64,000 bases of DNA from Bacteroidota bacterium (GCA_016195025.1 JACQAL010000002.1:6477-70476); one strand, 5' to 3'; shown: positions 8,401 to 18,224, counted from the first letter of the stretch. The notes: generated by a model from the letters alone, not told the origin. Program-made: numbers and translations.

Positions 8401-11061
8401 ACGGTTCTTTCCTTCAATGCCGACAAGGAAAAATATAATGTGGGAGAAAAAGTAAAACTCACGATTCCTTCAGGCGAAGGCGGACGCGCATTAATTTCTT
8501 TGGAGACAGGTTCAAAAGTTTTGCAGGCAATGTGGGCGGAAACAAAAAAAGGAACTACCGAAGTTTCTTTCTCCGTCACGCCTGAAATGGCTCCGAATAT
8601 TTACGCGCATGTAACACTTGTGCAGCCGCACGCGCAAACGGTGAACGATTTACCTATAAGAATGTATGGCGTGATTCCGATTTCGATCGAAGACCCGAAC
8701 ACGCACTTGCGTCCGATAATTGAAACGGCACAGTCATGGCGGCCGGAAGAAAAAGCAAGCGTAACCGTTGGCGAAGAAAATGGAAAGCCGATGACATACA
8801 CGCTCGCGATTGTGGATGACGGCTTGCTCGACCTCACGCGTTTTCAAACACCCGACCCGTGGAAATATTTTTACGCGCGCGAAGCGCTCGGAGTGAAGAC
8901 ATGGGATTTGTTCGACAATGTGATTGGCGCGTATGGAGCAACCTTGCAACGGTTGCTTGCCATAGGCGGTGACGGTGAAGGCGCGGGCAAAGGCGGAGCG
9001 AAAGCGAACCGCTTCAAGCCGATGGTAAAATTTTTCGGGCCGTTCCATCTCGATAAAAATAAAAAGAACACTACGGAATTTATGATGCCGCAGTATGTCG
9101 GCTCTGTGCGCGTGATGGTGGTTGCAGGCGAGCCCGGAAAAAAATCGGGAGCGTCCTGCGCGTATGGTTCATCGGATAAAACAGTTCCTGTGAAAAAGCC
9201 GCTGATGATTCTGGCAACGCTTCCGCGCGTGGTGGGCCCGAACGAGATTGTGAATTTGCCGGTAACTGTTTTCGCGATGGAAAAAAATGTGAAGAGCGTG
9301 AATGTAAATGTGGAAGCGAATGAATTTTTCTCGCCTCTCGAAGGAACGAAGAAAAATATTTCTTTCAAAGAAATCGGAGATGAAGTCATCAATTTCCCTA
9401 TGAAAGTGAATCCGAAACTCGGAATCGGGAAAGTAAAAGTGCTGGCGACTTCCGGAAATGAAAAAGCAACTTACGATATAGAGATTGATGTGCGCAATCC
9501 GAATCCAAAGGTCACCGACTTCATTGAAACTGTGATCGAGCCGGGAAAAACCTGGAACTCCGATTATAAACCTGTGGGAATGTTCGGCACGAACAAAGGC
9601 ACGCTGGAGATCTCTAACATTCCTCCGATCAATTTGGATTATCGTCTGAAATATTTGATTCAGTATCCGCATGGCTGTGTGGAGCAAACCACTTCATCTG
9701 CTTTTCCGCAGTTGTATCTCACCGACATTATGGAACTCAACAGCGATTTTAAATCTGCGATTGATAAAAATATTAAAGCCGCTGTACTTCGCCTGCAGAA
9801 TTTCCAAACTTCCAGCGGAGGATTTTCTTACTGGCCCGGAGAAGTGGAAGCGAACGACTGGGCTTCTTCCTACGCGGGACATTTTCTTCTTGAAGCCGAA
9901 GCGAAAGGTTACGCGCTTCCCGCAGGAATTCTCGACAACTGGAAACGCTATCAGAAAAAATTGGCGAACGCGTGGACGTATAAAGCGCGCAACAACCGCT
10001 ACTGGTATTACAACGATGATTTGATGCAGGCGTATCGTTTATACACACTCGCGCTCGCGAAATCTCCCGAACTCGGAGCGATGAACCGCCTTCGCGAAGC
10101 CGGGGAACTTTCTACGAATGCGCGATGGAGATTGGCGGCTGCCTATGCGCTCGCAGGACAGCCCGAAGTTGCAAAACAGTTAGTGTACAACGCAACAACA
10201 AAAGTAAATCCGTATGCTGAACTTACTTATACTTACGGCTCCGGCTACCGAGATGAGGCGATGATTATCGAGGCGCTCTGTATCCTCAATGATTTCACCA
10301 AGGCTGCTCCTCTCGTGAAAGAACTTTCGCAGCAGTTGAGTAATAACAGTTATTGGATGAGCACACAAAGCACTGCATATTCTCTCATAGCGGTTTCACG
10401 TTTCGCAAAAGCGGGAGGAATGTCAAGCACGATGAGTTATTCTTTCGTGCAGAATAATTCTTCGCCTGAAAATAAAAATACAAAACTTCCCGTGTCGCAA
10501 ATCAATCTCGGAATCAAAGGAACTGACGCAGGAAAAATTTCTGTGACCAATAACGGAAAAGGAATTCTCTACGCAAGAATTATTCTGGAAGGAATTCCTG
10601 AAGAAGGCGATAAAACTTCTGCCGAAAGCAATCTCGGCATGAGCATTTCGTATCACACCATGGATGGAGGAAGCATTGATGTTTCCAAATTGGAACAGGG
10701 AACGGATTTCTATGCGGAAGTTACCATTTCAAATCCCGGAATAAAAAATTCGTGGTACAACGAAATGGCGCTCACGCAGATTTTTCCTTCCGGATGGGAA
10801 ATTCATAACACGCGCATGGATGAAAGCGAATCGGCAATAAAAAGTTCAACGCCCACTTATCAGGATATTCGCGATGACAGAGTTTACACTTACTTTAATG
10901 TGGGACAGCGCCAACCGGTAACTTTTCGCGTGATACTGAATGCTTCTTACATAGGAAAATATTATTTGCCAACGGTGCAGTGCGAAGCCATGTATGATAA
11001 TATGATCAACGCGCGCAAGCCCGGACAGTGGGTGGAAATTGTGAAGCCGGGGAATATTTAA
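5401..11061 (+). CDS. Bacterial alpha-2-macroglobulin family protein (large periplasmic or membrane-anchored protease inhibitor) with an intact thioester
   Basis: 1886 aa with an N-terminal signal anchor. The canonical thioester motif 'YPHGCVEQTTSSAFPQ' (CxEQ) is present, and MG-domain-like beta-rich repeats run throughout. It sits immediately upstream of pbpC, the conserved bacterial A2M-PBP1C pairing. Confidence 0.9.
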   Translation: MNRKMMLTLTALAVIGIVSIPFLKKSGTVSGAQKVNPEYSEYISAFTAGYISSESTIRIVLASEAEGEHEFNKPTDEKLFSFSPNIEGTTVWIDNRTLEFRPKSKLPSGQKYDCTFHLSKVTGVPSNLEDFDFTFSTLTQSYDVYVDGMKTVDKKNMVWQKIAGQIVVADNVENDAVEKMLSAIEGGRKLKITWEHSVENKHKFSIDSVERKEKEMEVLIEWTGAPIGVEGGNSQKFMIPALGDFKVMDIKVIQEPEQYVSVQFSDPLLEKQNLDGLISCDNSGVNVTFKYIIEDNEVKAYPSTRQSGVRNINVEPGVKNILGYALKSKMTMEVMFEELKPQVSMTGKGVILPSSNEGFVLPFQAVSLKAVDVKVIKIFENNIAQFLQVNELGGERELKRVGRVMLKKTIQLNPKSEVDLHKWSTYYLDLSDLVKAEPGAIYKVSLGFRKSQSVCHCEGETKNKSNTVEVDEEFNADNNTDDNVQTNYYDYYGEDYYGEGYYDEEGGGYNYSERDDPCKSSFYRSSHEVSRNILASDLGIIAKKGTGGQMTFLVTDLKTTKPQSGVNIELYNYQQQLISSLKTNGEGMVQIDNMKKVPFLLVAKTGNQRGYLKLDDGSSLSLSMFDVGGQTVEKGMKGFIYGERGVWRPGDSIYLSFILEDKQKTLPANHPVTMELINPRWQTVKKLTSTKGLNGFYNFSTSTSQDAPTGNWTARVKVGGATFSKDLKVETIMPNRLKLHLDFGAEKIYSNAKDVKGELEVKWLHGAIARGLAAKVDVTLAEQVTEFKGFDGFEFDDPTVHFETEQQTIFDGNLSQEGKATVIPNLKTKTSAQGMLRASFVVRVFEEGGNFSIDRFSLPYSPFPSYVGIKSPEGDKYSGMIMTDTNNVVQVATVDENGKPISRDKLIVKIYKVQWRWWWDSYEENLGQYVGDEYHQPYQTKEISTVNGKGQFILRVNKPDWGRFLVRITDPVSGHSTGKTIYIDWPSWRERGNQGDNQAATVLSFNADKEKYNVGEKVKLTIPSGEGGRALISLETGSKVLQAMWAETKKGTTEVSFSVTPEMAPNIYAHVTLVQPHAQTVNDLPIRMYGVIPISIEDPNTHLRPIIETAQSWRPEEKASVTVGEENGKPMTYTLAIVDDGLLDLTRFQTPDPWKYFYAREALGVKTWDLFDNVIGAYGATLQRLLAIGGDGEGAGKGGAKANRFKPMVKFFGPFHLDKNKKNTTEFMMPQYVGSVRVMVVAGEPGKKSGASCAYGSSDKTVPVKKPLMILATLPRVVGPNEIVNLPVTVFAMEKNVKSVNVNVEANEFFSPLEGTKKNISFKEIGDEVINFPMKVNPKLGIGKVKVLATSGNEKATYDIEIDVRNPNPKVTDFIETVIEPGKTWNSDYKPVGMFGTNKGTLEISNIPPINLDYRLKYLIQYPHGCVEQTTSSAFPQLYLTDIMELNSDFKSAIDKNIKAAVLRLQNFQTSSGGFSYWPGEVEANDWASSYAGHFLLEAEAKGYALPAGILDNWKRYQKKLANAWTYKARNNRYWYYNDDLMQAYRLYTLALAKSPELGAMNRLREAGELSTNARWRLAAAYALAGQPEVAKQLVYNATTKVNPYAELTYTYGSGYRDEAMIIEALCILNDFTKAAPLVKELSQQLSNNSYWMSTQSTAYSLIAVSRFAKAGGMSSTMSYSFVQNNSSPENKNTKLPVSQINLGIKGTDAGKISVTNNGKGILYARIILEGIPEEGDKTSAESNLGMSISYHTMDGGSIDVSKLEQGTDFYAEVTISNPGIKNSWYNEMALTQIFPSGWEIHNTRMDESESAIKSSTPTYQDIRDDRVYTYFNVGQRQPVTFRVILNASYIGKYYLPTVQCEAMYDNMINARKPGQWVEIVKPGNI

Positions 11062-11082
11062 AACAGAAGATGTAAATCTCTA

Positions 11083-11120
11083 AGGATGACATTGTGAAAA
11101 TGGTGTCATCCTTTTTATTT
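11083..11120 (+). terminator. Rho-independent terminator or attenuator between a2m and pbpC
   Basis: 'AGGATGACAttgtgaaaatggTGTCATCCT' is a 9 bp stem, followed by 'TTTTTATTT'. Confidence 0.6.
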
Positions 11121-11125
11121 AGAAA

Positions 11126-13510
11126 GTGAAAAATATTTTTCTATCAGGCAAGAAAAAAAAGATTTTGTTTGGAATCAGTTTTGTTTTTTTCATTTGGTTT
11201 ATTTTCTGCCTTCCCCGCCATCTTTTCAAAGATCCAACCTGCACTGTTCTTGAAGACAGGAACGGAGTTTTAATTGCTGCGCGCATTGCAGAGGATGAGC
11301 AGTGGAGATTTCCGTACAATGAAAAAGTTCCGGAGAAATTTCGGAAAGCAATCACGGAGTTCGAGGATAAATATTTTGAATATCATCCCGGAATAAATCC
11401 TGTTTCCATTCTTCGCGCGCTGTGGCAGGATGTTACTCACGGAAAAATTATCAGCGGAGGAAGTACGCTCAGCATGCAAGCCATCCGCATTTCAAGAAAA
11501 GGAAAAGGCAGAAACATTTTTGAAAAATTTATTGAAATGATTCTCGCCACGCGCGCGGAAATTTCCTATTCCAAAAAGACAATTCTCGCTTTGTATTCTT
11601 CCAACGCTCCGTTTGGCGGAAATGTGGTTGGATTGGATGCTGCTTCGTGGAGATATTTCGGAAGAAGTCCTGAAAAACTTTCATGGGCGGAAACGGCTAC
11701 ACTTGCAGTTCTTCCGAATGCGCCTTCATTAATTTATCCCGGCAAAAATCACAACAAACTTTTAGCAAAAAGAAATCGTTTACTTGACGCGCTCTGGAAA
11801 GATGGTGAAATAGATTCGCTCACTTGCATTCTTTCCAAATCCGAGCCGCTTCCCGAAAAACCTTTTCCGCTTCCGCAGCTTTCTCCTCACTTGCTCGACC
11901 GCGCTTTCAAAGAAGGAATGAGCGGACAAAAAGTTTTGACTGTGCTTGATGGAACTTTACAGGAACGCGTTGCCGATATAATTGAAAAACATTCTCTCAA
12001 ACTCCGCGGCAACCAAATCTGGAATGCAGCAGCAATTGTGGCTGATGTGGAAACTGGAAATGTGCTGGCTTACGTTGGAAATACTTCTCCCTCTCCTGTG
12101 GGAGAGGGACGAGGTGAGAGCAAAGATGAACACGGAAACTCTGTTGATGTTATAATGTCGCAAAGAAGCACCGGCAGCATTCTCAAACCTTTTCTTTATT
12201 CCGCAATGCTCAGCGAAGGAGAAATTCTTCCGAACACATTGGTGCCTGATATTCCCACGCAGATTGGAGATTTCTCTCCGCAGAATTATTATCTCACGTA
12301 CGATGGCGCAGTTCCTGCAAGAAGAGCGCTTGCGCGTTCGCTCAATGTTCCCGCAGTGAAAATGCTTCAGCAGTTTGGCGTGGACCGGTTTCATTACTTT
12401 CTGAAAAAACTTGGAATCACCACGCTGAATTTTTCTGCCGACCATTACGGGCTTTCATTAATCCTTGGTGGCGCAGAAGCAAAACTCTGGGACTTAGTCG
12501 GAATTTACGCAAGCATGGCGCGCACGCTGAATCATTCCAATCGCGAAGAAAATTTTTCCGAAGATTTATTTCCATTGAATTATTTTTCTTCCACATCATC
12601 CATCATCCATAAACCCTCAACCATTCCACTTGATCCCGCTTCCGTTTATTTAACCTTCGAAGCCATGTCGGAAGTGAACCGCCCGGATATGGATGCGAGT
12701 TGGCAACTCTTTTCTTCTTCTTCAAAGATTGCGTGGAAGACAGGAACAAGTTTTGGCTATCGCGATGGCTGGGCAATAGGGATCACTCCGAAATATGTGG
12801 TAGGAGTTTGGGTCGGCAACGCGAACGGAGAAGGACGACCGAACCTTACAGGAATCGGAACTGCCGCGCCAATTCTTTTTGAAGTTTTTGGTTTGCTGAA
12901 ATCGAATGAATGGTTCAGGATGCCGAAAGATGAGATGAAAGAAATTTTTGTCTGCAAGGAAAGCGGCTACCGCGCAACGGAACTTTGCGAAAATAAAATA
13001 AAAACTTTTGTGCAATCAGCAGGATTGAAAACTCCTCCGTGCCCGTTTCATCGCTTAGTTCATTTAGATGCTTCGGGAAAATTTCGTGTGAACAGCGAGT
13101 GCGAAGATGTTTCAAAGATGATTCACAAATCCTGGTTTGTGCTTCCGCCTTCGATGGAATATTATTACAAAACAAAAAATCCGACTTACAGCGAACTTCC
13201 TCCTTTCCGAAGTGATTGTAAAAGTTCTTCCGCAAGTTCAATGGAATTAATTTATCCGAAGCAGGACACAAAAATTTTTGTTCCGGTTGAACTGGATGAA
13301 TCTTCCGGCAAAACAGTTTTCAAAGTTGCTCATCGTAAACCGGAGACAACTATTTACTGGCATTTGGATGATAATTATATCGGCAGTACAAAGGGAATTC
13401 ACCAACTCGGATTTTCTCCCGAGCCGGGAAGACATAAACTTACTCTTGTGGATGAATTTGGCGAAACAATTTCGCAGCAGTTTGAAATTATCGGTAAGAA
13501 AACTAAGTAG
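11126..13510 (+). CDS. pbpC: Penicillin-binding protein 1C (transglycosylase plus transpeptidase)
   Basis: 794 aa with an N-terminal TM segment. GT51 motifs are present ('RFPYNEKVPEKFRKAITEFEDKYFEYHPGINPVSILRA...GGSTLSMQ'), and there is a transpeptidase 'SxxK'-type region ('STGSILKPFLY'). It is co-located with a2m. Confidence 0.85.
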   Translation: MKNIFLSGKKKKILFGISFVFFIWFIFCLPRHLFKDPTCTVLEDRNGVLIAARIAEDEQWRFPYNEKVPEKFRKAITEFEDKYFEYHPGINPVSILRALWQDVTHGKIISGGSTLSMQAIRISRKGKGRNIFEKFIEMILATRAEISYSKKTILALYSSNAPFGGNVVGLDAASWRYFGRSPEKLSWAETATLAVLPNAPSLIYPGKNHNKLLAKRNRLLDALWKDGEIDSLTCILSKSEPLPEKPFPLPQLSPHLLDRAFKEGMSGQKVLTVLDGTLQERVADIIEKHSLKLRGNQIWNAAAIVADVETGNVLAYVGNTSPSPVGEGRGESKDEHGNSVDVIMSQRSTGSILKPFLYSAMLSEGEILPNTLVPDIPTQIGDFSPQNYYLTYDGAVPARRALARSLNVPAVKMLQQFGVDRFHYFLKKLGITTLNFSADHYGLSLILGGAEAKLWDLVGIYASMARTLNHSNREENFSEDLFPLNYFSSTSSIIHKPSTIPLDPASVYLTFEAMSEVNRPDMDASWQLFSSSSKIAWKTGTSFGYRDGWAIGITPKYVVGVWVGNANGEGRPNLTGIGTAAPILFEVFGLLKSNEWFRMPKDEMKEIFVCKESGYRATELCENKIKTFVQSAGLKTPPCPFHRLVHLDASGKFRVNSECEDVSKMIHKSWFVLPPSMEYYYKTKNPTYSELPPFRSDCKSSSASSMELIYPKQDTKIFVPVELDESSGKTVFKVAHRKPETTIYWHLDDNYIGSTKGIHQLGFSPEPGRHKLTLVDEFGETISQQFEIIGKKTK

Positions 13511-13521
13511 TACATTTACAA

Positions 13522-13908
13522 ATGCGAAAATTAATTTTCATTTTTGGATTTTTCTCTTTTCTCTTTTCCTGTAACGCCCAGAAAACTCTTCCGCAGAAAT
13601 TAAACGGAGCTTATTGCGACAAAGTTCCGGGACTCATTGCATTTTGTCTGACCTTTGATGGAGATACTTTTCATTCAGCGCTTGCTTCAATGATGTTCGG
13701 TTACACCGGAAAAGGAACGTATGCGATAAAAAATGATTCGCTCATTCTTTATTATTGCAAAGCCGACAGCGGCTATTATGTGGATGGTACAACTCCTGCA
13801 GGCACAATTACAAAATATAAAATCAAAAAGGCGACTGAGGCGGAACTTATCATTAAAGGAACAGACGAAAAAGATTTCTCAACTTTAAAAAAAGAAAAAC
13901 ATGAATAG
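13522..13908 (+). CDS. Small lipoprotein, hypothetical
   Basis: 128 aa with 'MRKLIFIFGFFSFLFSCNAQ', a signal peptide with a lipobox Cys. Its 3' end overlaps the next gene by 8 nt. Confidence 0.5.
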   Translation: MRKLIFIFGFFSFLFSCNAQKTLPQKLNGAYCDKVPGLIAFCLTFDGDTFHSALASMMFGYTGKGTYAIKNDSLILYYCKADSGYYVDGTTPAGTITKYKIKKATEAELIIKGTDEKDFSTLKKEKHE

Positions 13909-14887
13909 AAAAGAGTTTCTTCTAAAATCTTCTCTTGCAATGGGAGCTATAGGATTGGTAACCCCGTCCCTAAAGGGAGAAGAAAAAAAATTATCGGCTG
14001 TTTCACCCTTTAGGGCTGGGGCTTCATTTCCTCTTGTGATTGCCACCTGGAATAATCTTGGCGCAACCGAAGCCGCATGGAAATCAATTCAGCAAAACGG
14101 AACTGCACTTGATGGAGTGGAAGCAGGTGTGCGCGTTCCCGAAGCTGACCCGGAAAATGATTCTGTCGGTTTGGGTGGTTTGCCCGACCGTGACGGACAT
14201 GTTACGCTCGATGCCTGCATCATGGATAAAAATGGAAACGCGGGCTCGGTAACTTTTTTGGAAAATATTGTTCACCCAATTTCCGTAGCGAGAAAAGTAA
14301 TGGAGAAAACTCCGCACGTAATGCTGAGCGGTGAAGGAGCGTTTAAGTTTGCAATTGATAACGGATTTAAAAAAGAAAATCTTCTCACGGAAAAATCGAA
14401 GAAGGCATGGGAAGAATGGAAAAAAACTTCCAAGTACGAACCGATTGTGAATTATGAAAATCACGATACGATTGGAATGCTCGCGCTCGATAAAGAAAAT
14501 AATATTTCAGGCGCGTGCACAACGAGCGGGCTTTCTTATAAAATGCACGGCAGAGTAGGAGATTCACCTATTATTGGCGCGGGCATGTTTTGTGATAATG
14601 AAGTGGGCGGGGCTTGTGCAACTGGCGTGGGAGAATTTGTAATGAAGACGCTTGGCTCTTTTTTGGTTGTAGAACTTATGCGCCAGGGAAAAACTCCGCA
14701 GCAGGCATGCGAAGAAGCGATTAATCGAATCGTAAAAAAATACGATTATAAAAAATTTCAGGTTGGATATCTTGCAGTGAATAAAAACGGAGAGACGGGT
14801 TCTTATTCAATTCAAAAAGGATTTACGTATTCCCTCTTTCTGAATAATGAAAATAAAATTTTTGATTCGGATTATTTTATGCATTGA
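13901..14887 (+). CDS. N4-(beta-N-acetylglucosaminyl)-L-asparaginase / isoaspartyl peptidase (Ntn-hydrolase, asparaginase-2 family)
   Basis: 328 aa. The autoproteolytic 'HDTIGMLALD' Thr nucleophile is present, along with the conserved 'GRVGDSPIIGAG...GGACATGVGE'. The N-terminal region holds a 60 nt palindromic insert (see the repeat feature at 13962-14021). Confidence 0.8.
   Translation: MNRKEFLLKSSLAMGAIGLVTPSLKGEEKKLSAVSPFRAGASFPLVIATWNNLGATEAAWKSIQQNGTALDGVEAGVRVPEADPENDSVGLGGLPDRDGHVTLDACIMDKNGNAGSVTFLENIVHPISVARKVMEKTPHVMLSGEGAFKFAIDNGFKKENLLTEKSKKAWEEWKKTSKYEPIVNYENHDTIGMLALDKENNISGACTTSGLSYKMHGRVGDSPIIGAGMFCDNEVGGACATGVGEFVMKTLGSFLVVELMRQGKTPQQACEEAINRIVKKYDYKKFQVGYLAVNKNGETGSYSIQKGFTYSLFLNNENKIFDSDYFMH
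13962..14021 (+). repeat. 60 nt inverted-repeat (palindromic) element sitting in-frame inside the asparaginase ORF
   Basis: Arms 'CCCCGTCCCTAAAGGG' (13962-13977) and 'CCCTTTAGGGCTGGGG' (14006-14021) are reverse complements at 14 of 16 positions, with a 28 nt spacer. The element is 60 nt, which is 20 codons (TPSLKGEEKKLSAVSPFRAGA), and lies between the signal region and the conserved 'PLVIATWNN'. The same 16-mer recurs at 47326-47341. Confidence 0.6.
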
Positions 14888-16160
14888 TAGACACGCTTCC
14901 ATTATTCACCACCCCAACAATTTTTCCTTTCAGTTTTTTCCCTATGAACGGAGTGTTTTTGGATTTTGAACGAATATTTTTTTCTTCCAACTTCCATTCT
15001 TTGTTCGGAAGGAATAAAGTGAGATTTGCTTTTTCTCCCGCTTTTATTTTCGAAACAGGCAATCCGAAAATTTCTCTCGGGCGGACAGAAAATTTTTTCA
15101 CGAGTTCATTTAACTTGAGATTGCTGTATGTATTTGCAATTGCAAAAGCGGTTTGCACTCCAATCATTCCGAAAGCAGCATAATCAAACTCCACATTTTT
15201 ATTTTCCACATCTTCGGGCGAGTGGTCGGAAGTGATTGCATCAATGGTCCCGTCAGTCAAACCTTTTTTCAGCGAGGCAATATCTTCTTTCGTTCTGAGC
15301 GGAGGATTCACTTTATAGTTTGTGTCAAAATCTTTCAGTAATAAATCATCGAGCGCGAGGTTATATGCATTCACCGATGCGGTTACTTTTAATTTTTTCT
15401 TTTTCGCTTCACGAATCAATTGTACCGAACCTGCTGTGGAAATGGAAGAGAAATGAATTCTTCCGCTCGTATATTCGCAGAGAAAAAGATTTCGCGCCAC
15501 CATCACTTCTTCGGCAAGCGCGGGAATTCCTTTCAGCCCGAGCGAAGTAGAAATTTTTCCTTCGTTCATTTGTCCGTTGAGAGAAATAGTTTTTTCATCG
15601 CAGTGCGTGAGTAAAAGTCCGTTGAAATTTTTTGCGTAGAGAAGCGCGCGCAGCAAAAGTCCGGAATCACTTACAGGTTTTTTATCATCTGAAAAAGCAA
15701 CCGCACCCGCGCTATGCATATCAAACATTTCGGATAGTTCTTTTCCATCGGTGTTTTGCGTGATTGCTCCAACAGGAAAAACATCTATAATATTTCCTGC
15801 TATTTTTCTTTTCACATATTCTATTTGCGATTTATTATCTATGGGCGGATGAGTGCCGGGCATCACTGCAACTCCCGTAAATCCGCCAGCACTTGCCGAA
15901 GCACAGCCGCTCAGTAAATCTTCCTTGTATTCATGTCCCGGGTCGCGGAAGTTCACCTGCATATCAAAAAATCCCGGAGAGATATGCAAGCCATCTGCTT
16001 CTATAATTTGTGTATTGGAACTTGAAACCTGTAACTTGTAACCTGAAACCTCTTTGATGATTCCGTTCTCAATAAAAATGCTGATTGTCTTGTTGTGATG
16101 AGGAGAGTTGGGGTCAACTACTTTCGCGGACTTTATGAGCAACTGCATTTCAAGTGGCAA
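14877..16160 (-). CDS. pyrC: Dihydroorotase-like cyclic amidohydrolase
   Basis: 427 aa. It has an amidohydrolase fold: 'ADGLHISPGFFDMQVNFRDPG', then 'LLTHCDE...', then 'AITSDHSPEDVENKNVEFDYAAFGMIG', which is DHxP-type metal binding. The length is typical of Bacteroidota PyrC. Confidence 0.7.
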   Translation of the reverse strand: MPLEMQLLIKSAKVVDPNSPHHNKTISIFIENGIIKEVSGYKLQVSSSNTQIIEADGLHISPGFFDMQVNFRDPGHEYKEDLLSGCASASAGGFTGVAVMPGTHPPIDNKSQIEYVKRKIAGNIIDVFPVGAITQNTDGKELSEMFDMHSAGAVAFSDDKKPVSDSGLLLRALLYAKNFNGLLLTHCDEKTISLNGQMNEGKISTSLGLKGIPALAEEVMVARNLFLCEYTSGRIHFSSISTAGSVQLIREAKKKKLKVTASVNAYNLALDDLLLKDFDTNYKVNPPLRTKEDIASLKKGLTDGTIDAITSDHSPEDVENKNVEFDYAAFGMIGVQTAFAIANTYSNLKLNELVKKFSVRPREIFGLPVSKIKAGEKANLTLFLPNKEWKLEEKNIRSKSKNTPFIGKKLKGKIVGVVNNGSVSINA

Positions 16161-16169
16161 AGATAAAAT

Positions 16170-18224
16170 TTATTTCCATAATCGGAGAAGAGCGGTTTCC
16201 ATAGCAAGAAACAGCAAAACAAAAAGAATGCACCACTTCCATAATTTTTTTCCTTGACCAATATCTGCAAGAACTTTGGTGATGTCTTTATTGCCCGCAT
16301 CAATGAGTGAAAAGTTTTTCAGGTTTGATTTTTCATAGAGAGAAATAAGTTCTTCGGGCATATACCGGCTCAGGTCAGATTCTTTTCTGTCATAGTTGAA
16401 AGAGATACCGGAAATTTTTTCTGCTCTGGCATAGAGTTCATAATTGCCTGCGTTTTTTATTTGGTCGTGTACAAAAATTGTGGGCTGCAAATCAACCATT
16501 CTGCTTTCAGGAATTACTTCAAAACCTGTGGTGAGCGGAGCCGAACCATCTCCTTTAATCTTGAAAACATTTTCCCCTGTTAATTTCGTTTTAACATCAA
16601 TCGAATTATCTTTTCCGATTGTGTAAAATAAATCTGATGATGGCTGGCTGTTCATCGCAATCTTATACATCAGCGGAACAAATATGGCATGCTTGGAAAG
16701 ATTGCTCCATTCAGAATTAAGCGGGACTGCGCTCAGATAAATTTTTCCTTTCTTGAAATTATATTTGGAAAAAAAAGGATTTCCATTTTTCATTTTCATC
16801 AGCACTTCTTCATTGGTTTTGCTTGAGTGTGATTGGATATAATGATTATGCACGACAGGCAAATCCAAATTCTCTCCTTTCTTTTCGAACACATCTGCAA
16901 AAATTTCGCTTTCGAAATTTGCCCAGTCAACTTTTGTGCCTGCTGTATCTTTTTTCAAATAAAAATTTGTCCCGAGAGAAGATAGAAATGCTTTGTAAGA
17001 ACTTGTATCGGTTTCCGCGGAAGGAAACACAATTAAACTTCCCCCATTCTGCGCGAAGCGCGTTAACTCCTGCGCAAGCCCGGAAGAAATTGATTTGAGT
17101 TCGCTGAGAATAATTACTTGTTGTGAAGGCAGTGAAGAGTAATCAATTTTATTTTCATCCTGAACAGTTAAAATAAATAATGAATCCTTTCCGAATAAAG
17201 TTTCAATTGGTTTAGAAGATTCCTTTCCAATATTCATTACGAAAATATTTTTTGCCACATCAAACGAGAAATAAAACTTGTCATCATACGTAACCGGATA
17301 ATCGGTGATTTCAATTCTTCCCTGCTGTATGCCCGGCTCTTTGATGACAAAAGAAAGTGGAATGTCTTTGCTTTCATTGGGCGCAATAGAAAAAGAGGAA
17401 GGAGTTTTCTGCTGGTTATTCAAAAAAAGTTTTACGGGAATATTTTCCAGATTATTTTCTGAAAGATTTTTTACCCGAATAAATAATTTTTCCGGTTGAT
17501 TCAATTGATGAACGGGCGATTCAAACCAGCACGAATCAATATATAAATTACTTTGCTGGTTGGCGGGAACGGGCAGAAGAATGGCTTTGATGCCCGTATC
17601 TGCTTTCACTTTCTCAAAATCTGAAATTGATTTCTGGAAGTCAGAAACAATAAATAACTTTTTGTTTTTCGTTTCTGATTTACTGAGCACATCGTTTTGC
17701 CTTGCACTTATTTCAGAAATCGTTCTCACCGCAGGAGAAATTTTCACTTCATCGAGTAGGATGAGAAATTCTTCGCGACTTACTAAGCGTTGGTGTTTTC
17801 CTTCGAAATCATTGGTGAGCAATTGAAATAAATCTGTTTGAGAATGAGCGAGCGCAATTTCACGCGCCATTTTTTTCGCTTCATCGAGCAGCATTCCGTT
17901 CTTGCTCACGTTTTCCATGCTGAAAGAATTATCTACATAAATGCTCACTGCCTGCGTTCCAACGATTGCATTTTTTTTATCGGAAGGAATAAATGGCTGC
18001 GCAAAAGCAAAAACTAAAAATGAAATTGCAAGAATCCGCGAGAGTAAAATCAAAAGATGTTTGATTCGATTTCTGTTCTGAGTTTGCTGTTTTACTTCTT
18101 TGAGAAAACGTATGTCAGGGAAATAAACTTTTTTGAATCTGCGGAAATTTAAAAGATGAATAATTATCGGAATAGAAATTGCGGACAACGCAAAAAGAAA
18201 ATATGGATAAACAAAACTCATCAA
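16170..18224 (-). CDS. BatA-like membrane protein with an N-terminal double-transmembrane anchor and a vWA-like (MIDAS) domain
   Basis: 'MMSFVYPYFLFALSAISIPIIIHLLNFRRFKKVYFPDIRFL...' matches the BatA-type double-TM N-terminal domain. 'IYVDNSFSM' is a DxSxS MIDAS motif. There is a C-terminal TM segment. Confidence 0.6.
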   Translation of the reverse strand: MMSFVYPYFLFALSAISIPIIIHLLNFRRFKKVYFPDIRFLKEVKQQTQNRNRIKHLLILLSRILAISFLVFAFAQPFIPSDKKNAIVGTQAVSIYVDNSFSMENVSKNGMLLDEAKKMAREIALAHSQTDLFQLLTNDFEGKHQRLVSREEFLILLDEVKISPAVRTISEISARQNDVLSKSETKNKKLFIVSDFQKSISDFEKVKADTGIKAILLPVPANQQSNLYIDSCWFESPVHQLNQPEKLFIRVKNLSENNLENIPVKLFLNNQQKTPSSFSIAPNESKDIPLSFVIKEPGIQQGRIEITDYPVTYDDKFYFSFDVAKNIFVMNIGKESSKPIETLFGKDSLFILTVQDENKIDYSSLPSQQVIILSELKSISSGLAQELTRFAQNGGSLIVFPSAETDTSSYKAFLSSLGTNFYLKKDTAGTKVDWANFESEIFADVFEKKGENLDLPVVHNHYIQSHSSKTNEEVLMKMKNGNPFFSKYNFKKGKIYLSAVPLNSEWSNLSKHAIFVPLMYKIAMNSQPSSDLFYTIGKDNSIDVKTKLTGENVFKIKGDGSAPLTTGFEVIPESRMVDLQPTIFVHDQIKNAGNYELYARAEKISGISFNYDRKESDLSRYMPEELISLYEKSNLKNFSLIDAGNKDITKVLADIGQGKKLWKWCILFVLLFLAMETALLRLWK

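Noticed and set aside
5576-10656. Numerous 60-320 aa ORFs on both strands inside the a2m gene (for example 7426-8394 minus, 8871-9392 minus, 9169-9687 minus)
   Set aside because: They are embedded in or antisense to a 1886 aa gene with clear family motifs. They have no signal or domain features and are frame-shadow ORFs.
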